In this document: one piece after another, positions 49,401 to 59,900 of the stretch
How the letters are laid out: every line of letters starts with the position of its first letter
How positions within the stretch are numbered: the stretch's first letter is position 1
Assembly (NCBI GenBank): GCA_965603825.1
Contig: CBFDEM010000050.1
Location: 434,001 to 498,000 of the forward strand
Source of the DNA: Blepharisma stoltei ATCC 30299
Lineage: Eukaryota; Protista; Ciliophora
Length of the DNA stretch: 64,000 nt
Direction of reading: 5' to 3'
Made by a program: the position numbers and the translations under genes
The notes under the pieces: model-generated
The model's input: only the letters and a program-made list of their open reading frames with translations
Told to the model about the DNA's origin: nothing
Database searches by the model: none

Positions 49401-50334
49401 TTTTGTTGAGCTACTTTTTTTGATTAAACCTCCTTATTTTTTATATATAATATTTCATTTATTGTCAGCTGAGCAGCTGGCTTTATGGTTTTATACGAGC
49501 TAAATTATCGAGGCAAATAAAAAGCACTGAAAAGTAATTTAAATATTTAAGTGAAGCGCTTCCATTTCCTTTCCATTCGGGCTCAAAAGTCCTCTGTTTC
49601 TCTAATTGGAATTTTAAATCTTTCAGCTTGCTTGACGAGTTATATCAATGTGCGCTATCAGTGATATCTATCTGCATATTTTAACCAGCCCAAATCGTAG
49701 GTAAATGGTCTTGTTAGTATAAAAATAGGTGTCAGGCAAGACAGTTTTTCGTAGTTCGCTTGCTCCATCTTTATTTCAATTCAAGATTTTCAGGTATGGC
49801 CTGAAGCATGGGTATCGATTTAGGAATGATTGGGCCTTAATATTTTTCATGAGATGAAGTAAAATGATGTTTAGTATAAAAGTAGGGGCCAGATATGTAA
49901 ACTTTTGAAGTTCGTCCGGTTCAATCTTTAGTTTAAATAAAAGATGGTATCTGATTAACTCATAAATTTATACATCTGAAATTGTTATTAATTTAAACAT
50001 TTTATTTTTAATTATATGATAAGGATATAATATTTTTCAAAATTTAAATAAAAATCGCATGCATGAATTCATTTCAATTTATGTTTAATCAAGGATGCAA
50101 TAGATAAATTATAAAGCCACTTACAGTGTCTAGTCCTTTCGATATTTATACTCTAAATTAATTTATTTATATATAAAATCAACTCATTTGCATAATTAAT
50201 AAAAATCTGATTAGGAGCCTTAGCAAATATTGCTTGTTAATAATAAATATACTAAACTTCAAATTATTTAATGGCAGAAAAACATATAGTTTATGCTTTT
50301 AGAACTCAACATATCAACCAAATTTTAACTATTA

Positions 50335-50869
50335 CTATTTTATTAAAAAGTCGTCCATAAGGGCGATTCTCAATAGCAGTTGTCCTTGTAAGTAAAATGC
50401 TTTGCCTTGCAATTGTTCACTAGAGCCAGGGATAAGATGAACTGGCTTTATTCAGAAGCATATAGCAATGCTGCAATTCGTATAAAAATTGTCTGGCATT
50501 GACAAATATTGAGAACTATCAAAAAATAGCCCCTGTTGATAAGGCGGGATTGGATCAGCGCTTTCTAGGTTCCAAAAAAAGTTATAAGTTAAAGGGCTTG
50601 TCCCCGTCACTAGAGGACCATATCCCTTTAAATGTGCTTTGGTCAAAAGTGACATCGATAACTGCATTTGAATTCAGAGTGCAAGGGTTTGTATCAAACC
50701 CATAAGGACATTTAGGCAAGCAAACACTATTTATCATAACAATTGATCTTGAAGAACTGCTACATGTATCGCAAATAAAAGGAGTAGCGTTTGTGCAGGA
50801 AGCACAAAGCGCTCTGTCACACTCTGTATGACTTTTAACGAGAGAAAAGCTGAGTAATAATAAAATCAT
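50335..50869 (-). pseudogene. 5' fragment of Cys-rich/LamG-like secreted protein
   Basis: Signal peptide MILLLLSFSLVKS, CxxC repeats, CPYGF and ADPIP...GLFF motifs as in 56927-64000. A 1-nt frameshift lies at ~50625 and the gene is truncated by TAG. Confidence 0.75.
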
Positions 50870-51289
50870 TTCCAAGCCTCTTAAAAATGAAGCTTTGCCG
50901 TCTTCCATTTAGATTTATAATTATCAAAATAGACATAGATATTTGTTAGTCTTTCCGAAGAGCAAATTGAATTTAGAAAACTGCTCTATATATTGTTTTT
51001 CTCATTTAGATGAGCTACTATATTTTTCAAAAAATTAAACTATCCATTAATTTTCCGTTTTATTTTAGCTAGCAAGCTTAGCTTTTGCATCTAATTCACT
51101 TCTCTGAAAAGCTGAACCCTTGTTCTTGCTATATCTTATTTTGAATCCATAATTTATATATATTTTTACATTTTTTATAGAAGATTTAAAATAGATTAAT
51201 AAGAAATGAAGCATTATCAAATTATTAAAAGTTTGAATTTTTACTTTATTGATTATTAAAGAATTCAATAATAAAAGCCCATAAATTAA

Positions 51290-51352
51290 TGATAGGCTTA
51301 TTTCTTAGCTGCTAATTGAGTCAAATCAGTCTAAGACCAACAGAAATAGGAG
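51290..51352 (-). pseudogene. Isolated 3'-end remnant of the Cys-rich gene family
   Basis: CCTATTTCTGTTGGTCTTAGA...CTCAATTAGCAGCTAAGAAATAAG matches the stop region at 54260-54318. Confidence 0.55.
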
Positions 51353-51816
51353 GCCGCATTGGGTAAAGGTCCAATGATCATACCTAAAAGACTTATTAGG
51401 CAAAATATCAAAACCAAATCCAATATTCATATGGTTCGATCTTTACAAGTAAGACAACTAGTCCTTGAATTTTCAATTTAATAGCATTTTGGATCAGAAA
51501 CCTGATAGTGATGGCAGAAACTGCAAAATTTTAGTAAACCTCAGGATTGCACTTGCAAACTCCAAAAAGCTGAGGAACTCATATTTATTACTCTTTCAAA
51601 TAAAACTAGACACCTGCTTAAATAGGCCAAAAAAGCTATTTTATTTCGTATAAATTATTATTTACTTAAGAAAAAGCGTAATTTTCTTCTGATTCTCAAA
51701 ATAAAATAAAATGTTATCTATTGAAATTAATAATCTCTCCACCATTTTCTTTTTTTGCAATTTTTATTATGTAATTCAAAATTCGAAGAAGATAGAATTC
51801 TAATTTAATTAATAAT

Positions 51817-53498
51817 TTAGCTAAATCCAAAAGTCAGGTTAACAAAGATAGGTAAGTCGCAGTCCTTAATGCTTGTTTCGATTTCATAGCGTGTCTCATT
51901 TATTTTTATCAAAGTACAATTTTCTGTATCATAAGTAGTTTCATTCAAAAACTTAACAATAAAAAATTTTTTCTGTAAATCTCTCTTTAATTTTGATGCA
52001 AAATTAACGATAATTTTATTGTCATTAAAGCCCAAATTAAAGCCAACCTTAGAACTTTTGCACGTTTTTTCTGTCTGATTTCCACAAAAATAAGAATTAT
52101 CAGCTGAATTTTGTTCACAAGGATTACATGAGGAGCTTCCGTCAAAATACATATTGCTTGGACACTCACAGGCTGGAGGGCTGCTCATATTGATTTGATC
52201 TACACATGTAAGACAATTAGTTTTTGAGTCAGTGCATTCTGAGCATTTTGAATCACAATCCTCGCAAGAATGGCTATAATTATTTCAGTATAGCTTAGAT
52301 GAGCAGCAAGAGGTTTTCTTTATTTTGGCAATTGTTGTGATAGAAAAGAGATTATAGCACTTGAGACAATAATCCCCACTTCCGCGGTCTTCACAAAAAT
52401 TACAATTCGGATCAGCGCAATTTGCGCATTCCACCTGGGTAGAGCTAACATATTTTCCATCACCACAACAAGAAGTTTTCTTTATATTTAATGGAGAGAT
52501 TAATCTCAATTCTTTAGAGCATCCAAGGCAAGTGTTCCCACTTCCTCTGTCTTCGCAAATTTTGCAATTTATATCTGGGCATGATGTGCATTGGCTGACA
52601 GTGCTGCTCATAAAATACCCATCACGACAACAAGAAGTTTTCTTTATCTCTAACGATGAGGTTAATCTCAATTTTTTAGAGCATTCAAGGCAAGTGTTCC
52701 CACTTCCGCTGTCTTCGCAGTTATTGCAATTTATATCTGGGCATGATGTGCATGAGCTGACAGTGCTGCTTCTAAATTGCCCATCAATACAACAAGAAGC
52801 TTTCTTTATCTTTACTTTATAGGCTAATGTCATTTTCTAGAGCATTTATCACAATGGCCAGCAGCTCCATCTTCGCATAATTCACAATTTGCATCAAAAG
52901 CTGAGCATTTTGAAGTTGAACTATCTAAATACTTGCCATCAGGACAACAACTTGGAGCTTTCTTTGATTTGATTATTGATTTAACTCTAATATTTCCTGA
53001 TGTGGAGCAAGCAGTGCACCCACTGTTCCCATAGTAAGAGCCTGATTCGCAAGTTTGGCAAGTTGATCCATCAAACCAAGGATTAGCTTGTGGACAAATG
53101 CAAGTTCCAGCTGTTGCTGTAGCATCTTTACATTCACAGTCTTTCTTATTTGAGCTGATAATCATTGTAGAATTATTTTGGCAGCCCAAACAGTTTCCAT
53201 TATCGTCGCAATAAGCACACATTGTCCCACAAGGTGAGCAAGTTCCAGAATTGTCATAATTTCCAGGTGAACAGGGAGTGGCGAGTAGAATTCTTCCACG
53301 TCTTGACTCTAAAGATTTTTCGGCCTCTAATGTTTTCTCATTAAGAAGCTTTTGGTCTTCATCTAAATGCCCTGACTTCAATGAAAAGCTTGTATCCCTG
53401 TTGCCAATCTTATCATAAGGGAAATTTTCTTCACCGATTTTAGTAGCCTGCGGATAGAAAAATCCTGCAAATAATCAAGGAAAAAAAATTTTTATCAT
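51817..53498 (-). pseudogene. Secreted Cys-rich repeat protein with 54-aa tandem modules (one 1-nt frameshift at ~52834)
   Basis: ATG 53498 gives MIKIFFP-TGA-LFAGFFYPQA (signal-like), in frame with ORF 53381. One A is missing at ~52834 relative to sister repeats. TGA 52285 reads through into ORF 52188-51817. The frameshift may be a homopolymer error. Confidence 0.75.
52303..52960 (-). repeat. 162-bp (54-aa) coding tandem repeat, 4 units
   Basis: The SCC landmark recurs at 52303, 52465, 52627, 52789 (162-bp spacing) and 52944. Confidence 0.9.
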
Positions 53499-54756
53499 AA
53501 TCTTTATAATCACCGTTCGATTTTATTAGAAAAAAACCAGTTTATAATTTAAAGTATTTTAATTTTGTTTGCTAATATAATAGCTAAAGAATTAGAATTA
53601 AAGTGGAAATTTGTCGACCTCAAAAGATCAGATCAGATAAATTATTTTCCTATTTGAGGTATAATTTCCTGTGTTTTCGTGATAAAAATGTTTTAAAAAA
53701 ATTATAGCTGCTTATCTAAATTAAATCTCAAGCTAAAAATCTGGCTTATTATGAATTCTTAAATAATTTATTTGAGATTCATCCTATTAAAAGAATTCGG
53801 AAACATATTTTATTTGCATTTAATGTCTTCTAAAACTCATGACGTTTAATATTTAAAGAATTTAAGGCTCTTTTTACTCTTAGATTTAAGCAAATAAGCA
53901 AAATTTATTATATTTCTAATTATATAGCCTTATTATAAATCACGATTTATAAGGAAAATCCTTCTTTTAGCGTCTATTCTTGAAATCGAGATTTTAGCTG
54001 CAATCGCATATATAAAATCAAATCAGGTGATAAAACAAAAGAAAAATTACACTTATTTTGTCTTATTTATTTAGGCTAAGAAATTTCTCTTTAAATCCTA
54101 AATAATCTGTAAGCTTATTTTTCACGTTATATATAGAAAACTTAAGACAGTTTAAAATGAAGAAATCAAGAAGATTAAATTAATAAAATTGAATTTTATG
54201 ATGAGCTAGTGCCTTTAATATTAAAAGGTTCAAGAAAATAAAAGTTAGAAATTAATAATAAACTTATTTCTTAACTATTAATTGAGAGCTGTAAATCTAA
54301 GATCAACAGAAATAGGCAAGTCACGTCTTTGCAAATTGGTATGGATTTCATAACTTGAATAACTTTTCATCTTTAGAGTATGCTAGCATAAAATTCAATT
54401 AAGATTATCAAATAACCCAGTTTGGTTATGCCTCCATTATCTCCATCATACTTCATTCTGCCTATTGTTGCCATTAGAAGGCTCTTCCTGCGTGGGCTCA
54501 TGGATTATGTTTGCCATTTTATCGCTCATCAGCCATTTAATCGAATGGGATATTCATTATATCTTGGTAACGGCCAGGGGTAGTGGCGTGAAATTTTTTT
54601 TTTTCTGTATAACCTTTGTCAAATTATATGCAAAATTAACAGTTATTACTCCATTGTCAAATTCTAAATTGAAGCCTATCTTTGAGCTGCTGCACGATCC
54701 TTCAGTCTGACTTCCACATAAAAATTCAGGATAGCCTTGACTAGGATTTTCACAAG

Positions 54757-54771
54757 CTAAATATTGCTTAC
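54757..54771 (-). other. Probable 15-nt intron (stop-free)
   Basis: GTAAGCAATATTTAG; same position as 57241-57255, differing by one nt. Confidence 0.75.
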
Positions 54772-55775
54772 AAACACAAATATTTGAGTCTCCATTGTTT
54801 CGCAGATAATATTGACTTTTGCATGAAAGACAATTCGTGCTTGATCCAAAGCATGTAGCACAATTTATATCACAAGCTATGCAAGAAGAAATTCCATCAA
54901 AGAACATATTAGGTGAACAACTGCAGCCAAATTCAAGATCCATATGGTTTGAATCTTTGCAAGCTAGACAATTTGCACTTGAATTTTTACAAGTAAAACA
55001 TTTTGGATCACAGACTTGGCAGTTTGTTGTAGAAATTATAGTATTCCAGTAAAATCCAGGGTTGCACTTGCATATTCCAGGCAACGTTGAGGAACTCATA
55101 TTGATAAAATCTTTGCAAATAGCACAATTTGTGCTAGAAGTTTCACATTTCTTGCATTGGGAGTCACATTTAGCACAAGTTGTATCTGAATCAAAGTAAA
55201 ACCCATCGTCTGCAACGCATGTATTAGTATCAGTGTCAAGCGTAGAGTGCTCTGGACAGTCACAATCAGGAATTACACCTCTTTTACAATTAATACACTT
55301 TAATGGAGGATATCCTTCACAAGTGATACACCCAGCAACCTCACAAGTAAGACAATCAGTGCCTCTGGCACACCAAGGCCAAGTAGAACAATTTTTCCCA
55401 CAGTTTTGGCAAGAAGATCCGTCCAAATATTGGTTATCAACACAATTATTACTAACAGTCATGACATCAGTACTCTGAGCACATTCTGCTCTTGTCTGAA
55501 GCCAATAAATAACCCCCCTGAAAGAATTTCCACTACTTGTTTTCCCAATTGTTCATGTATAGCCTAAATTAGGAACCCTAGCTTCTTTAATAATTCCATT
55601 AATATAAAAAGAAATATTTACTGTATCACAGGTGGATTGATTAATAATCATTGAAACAGTATGCCATGAAGATGTTAGCTTGTAGTGCATGCTGCAGTTT
55701 GCGTAACTTGATTATTATTTGAATCATAGACAAGCATGATAAATTTATACACGCCTGAGATATCGGCCCATATTC

Positions 55776-55897
55776 TTATATACTATATTTATAATATTCA
55801 AGCCATGGCAGCTAATAAAAATCATATTTAAAATAGAAAAATTTGACTTTGGGATCAGGCATGCCAATAATAGATAGATTTGCCTGTATTTTATATA
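55776..55897. other. 115-bp insertion flanked by TTATATA direct repeats (IES-like)
   Basis: TTATATA at 55776-55782 and 55891-55897. Removing one repeat plus the interior gives in-frame SSTSYIRIWADISGVYKF. Confidence 0.55.
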
Positions 55898-56926
55898 TGA
55901 AGTCGAACTATAAATAATGTTTACAATTTCTCCACTTTCAAGAGGCTTAATTCATGTGTTTAACGTAAAATAGCATCCAGGAATAAAGCCTTCGCTATTA
56001 GAAGTACTTGATGTAGTCGCAAAATAAAAGCTACGGTCAATAGTTAGGAGTGGGGAATTTTGAGTCTGAGACATATATGAAATGAAATCTGGATTTTGGA
56101 ATATTGTAGTAGAATCGGTTGAACTTGCTATATATGTAGCGGTTAAATCCTTGATGCTTGAAAACTGTAAATCGAAAATAACTGCATCATTTCTACTATT
56201 TGGAAAGCATCAAGCAATCATACCATTTTTCTTACCAAAAGTAAACCTTGAAGGGCATGCGTCTGAGCCTGAGCATATTTTGTCATCAATCATTTTTGAA
56301 TGAGGACAGTAATAAATTCCAGCAATCGGAGTATCTGAAACACCATATGGACATAAAGCTGATGCCAACAAAAATTTTGCGATAAAAATCATATTTTATA
56401 GTTAGGTCTTGTCTCAGGCCGATTATAGAGGACTCCCTCAATGACAAAGGAAATAGTGACTAACAGTCAACAGCAGAGCTTGAGCAAGATCAGGACAACA
56501 GAGTGCACCAGCAGCATGCTCATTATGACGGAGGAAAAGAAACAGCTCAGCTATACACCTAATTGTGGCAGGAGAACCTAGATAAAAATCCAAAGAAATT
56601 CCATTATGTTTTAAACTATTATATGTAAAATTTCAAGCTTTTAAAAGATTATTTATAAAATCAGTTATAAAGGTTAAATTCGATTTACGGGTGATCTGAA
56701 AAAAAGCAGCGCGCTTTTTTCCTATATGCTTCTTTATTTTAATATAAGTTTAATACTCACTATTCCATAGAATTCTATCTCTTTTCATCAAAAAAGAATA
56801 AAATAAACCCTCAGTTGCCAATTCCGAAATCAACTTTAAAAACCAAATTGGTTAATGCGATATATATTAGAACTTTCAACAAGTGATTTGATAGAAGAGA
56901 TTAATAATAAAATTATTTCTTAACTA

Positions 56927-59900
56927 TTAGCCCAGAGCAGCAAACTTAAGTTCGACGAAAATAGGCAAATCGCAATCTGTTAAATTTGTATGGATTTCAT
57001 AACTAAAAAGGCTTTTCATCTGAAGAGTGCAATTTTCTGTGTTATAATTCGTCCCATTTGAAAGCTTGATAATGAAGTTTTTTTTCTGTAGAGTTTTCTT
57101 TAAATTTGATGCAAAATTAATAATAATTGTTCCATTGTCGAACTCTATATTAAAGCCAATTTTTGAGTTGCTGCACAATTTTTCAGTCTGACTTCCACAT
57201 AAAACATCAGAAGGTGGGCCTTGACTATCATCTTCACAAGCTAAATATTACTTACAAACACAAATATTAGAGTTCCCATTACTTAGCAGATAATATTGAT
57301 TTTTGCATGTAAGACAATTCGTACTGGATCCAGAACATGTAGCACAATTCACATCACATAGCATGCATGATATTCCATCAAAGAACATATTAGGCAAGCA
57401 CTCACAGTCAAATTCAATATCCATATATTCTGTATCTTTACAAACAAGACAATTAGTACTTGAATTTTCACAAGAATAGCATTTTGGATTGCAGACCTGG
57501 CAGCTGGTTGTAGAAACTTCAGAGTCCCAATAAAACCCAGGATTGCACTTACAAGCACCAGAAAAAGCTGAAAAACCCATATTAATCAAATCTGGGCAGA
57601 TAATGCAATTTTCACTAGAAGTTGCACAATACTTGCACTTTGAATCACAAGCTTGACAATTTGTAGTAGAGACAGAGGGATTTCAATAAAATCCTGAATT
57701 GCATTGGCAAGGTCCTGGTAATATTGATTCATTCATATTAGCCAAATCTTTACAGGAAAGGCAATTTCCACTTGAATTTTCACAAGTTTTGCATTTTGGG
57801 TCACAGGCTTGACAGTCTGTATCAGAAATTGCAGGATTTCAGTAATACTCGTCAATACACTTGCAAGCTCCAGGTCAGCTTGAAATAATCATTTTAGCTG
57901 GATCTTTGCAGCTGAGGCAATTATCGAAAGATTCGCAATAAGCACAAGATGAGCCACAAGGCTGGCAACTAGTAAAAGATTTTGAAATGTCTCAATAGTA
58001 AGTGTCATCACATTTGCAAAGACCCGGCAATAAAGAGCCACTCATATGAACCGGATCTTTGCAGGTTAAGCAGTTTGTAGATGTCCCTAAGCATGTACTG
58101 CATCTTGCATCACAAACTTGGCAAGAATCACTATTTTCAGAAAGAAAATAGCCATTAGCACATTTATTGCAGTTTTGCCCATTATTATTTTCAACGATAA
58201 TACAATTATCAATTGCTGAAGCGATACAAAGCGAATTTGTGTCAGGCAAATATCCTGCAGGGCAGCTGGCTTCACAAGAAAATCCATTCGGTGATAAATA
58301 ATATCCTAAATCGCAAGCACAAGGAGATCCAGATGCATGGGAAATGCAAGATTCGCATAAACCTGGCTCAAAGCCAGAGCACTTGCTGCAAAGGCTATCG
58401 TCACAAATATTACATGAAATCTCTCTGGTGCATCCAAGAGGGCAGCCATCACAATGATAGCATTCACTTGGATTGATTAAATAATAAGCAAAGTTACAGT
58501 TCCATAAGCAGCTAGTTCTAAGTCCTAATCCGCAAACATCATCTCATATTTCATAATAAAAATCATTTATTAGGCTATTTCATAGATTAAAATTGTAAAT
58601 GAATCCTCTAAAACTAGATGAAGAGCTCTTTCCAAGAATAATAAGCTTAGCTGAAGGCTCTCTATAAATGTAGTTATTTATTATACTTGGAGTTCCTACA
58701 ACATTGTTATAATAAATTGTAGCAGAAGTAAATCATCAAGCATAAAATACTGTAAAAGATAAATATGTCCATGTACTTATGTTGTCAATTAAGTTAGTGG
58801 TAGTTACGTAACCAAAGTTTTCGAATGCAATTTCGGCTTTTCCACCAGACCATATAGTTAATATATTTTCCTTTTCAAAAATATCACCCTCTTGTTCATG
58901 ATAATACCAAAACCCAATAGTAAAGCTGTGAGAAAAATAAATCCCAATATCTGATTTTAAATATTTTCCATTTGAAAAATAGAGCCCTCTATTCTTTGCA
59001 GGGATAGGATCGCTATCTTCTGGGCTGTTTCAAAATTGATAAGATGAAGAACTAGTTGCTGTTGTAAATATTCCATATGAGCCTGAGAAGTTGCCACTGA
59101 ATCGCTGATTTATAACTTTATCAGTCACACTAGAACAGCCAGGGCCAAAACCATAAGGACATTCATGCAAGCAAATATTTCCTACCGATACTTTGCCAGG
59201 CAAGCAAGCAGAGCATAGATAATAATCAGTATCTCCACTGCATTGAGTGCATAAGGAATCACAGTGTCCACAGGACTGAGATCACTGATTCCAAGGAAAA
59301 TTTGGATCGCAAGTACATTCCCCATTTACCAGAGTTGCTCTAGGAATGCAGGTAGTACAAGACCCATCAAATGAGTCGCATTCTAAGCATTCCTTTTGGA
59401 GGCACAATCTACAAGTTTCTAAGCTTCTACATCCATAAGAGCTACAGATTGGACTGCAAGCTGCACAACCATTTGAATAATAAGATCCAAAGTCACAATT
59501 ATCAGGGCAAATTAGATCATAAGGACAGCTTGAGCATTCTCCGACACATCCCTGAGTTTTTCAATCATCAAGAGGATGTGAGTTTGAATTAAATACTTTT
59601 AAGCTCCACAAAAACCCAGTAAATCCATTGCTGCCATTTGATGCTCCAATCTTTAAATCCCCTGAGTCGAAAAAAGGATTGTTGTTAGGATGATTATTAA
59701 TAAATATAATAGAGTAGTCAGTATATAAATAAAAGACCATTCTTCCATCCGAAGTATCGCTTGTAATTGCAAGATAGTGCCAAGCATTGAATAAATTTTG
59801 GGATCCATTGATTGAAATAGTTGATGTATCCTGCAAAGTTAAAAACAATAAAAACATGCCATCATTTGAGAAAGAAATTTTAAAAATCTCAGTATTTCCA

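Larger units (their letters stand above)
54278..56392 (-). pseudogene. LamG-like + furin-like Cys-rich secreted protein, disrupted
   Basis: Signal-like start MIFIAKFLLASA, then a LamG-like region (FTLNT-TGA-IKP, SFRGFIY) and Cys repeats near-identical in pattern to 57000-57700. It is disrupted by a 115-bp insertion, a frameshift at ~55680 and a ~200-bp foreign insert at ~54382-54588. Family-type end PISVDLRFTALN-TAA. Confidence 0.78.

Noticed and set aside
57248-57250. TAA aligned with CAA in a paralogue, suggesting TAA=Gln or an ambiguous code
   Set aside because: It lies inside a perfect 15-nt GT-AG intron; long intact genes have no other internal TAA/TAG and end in TAA.
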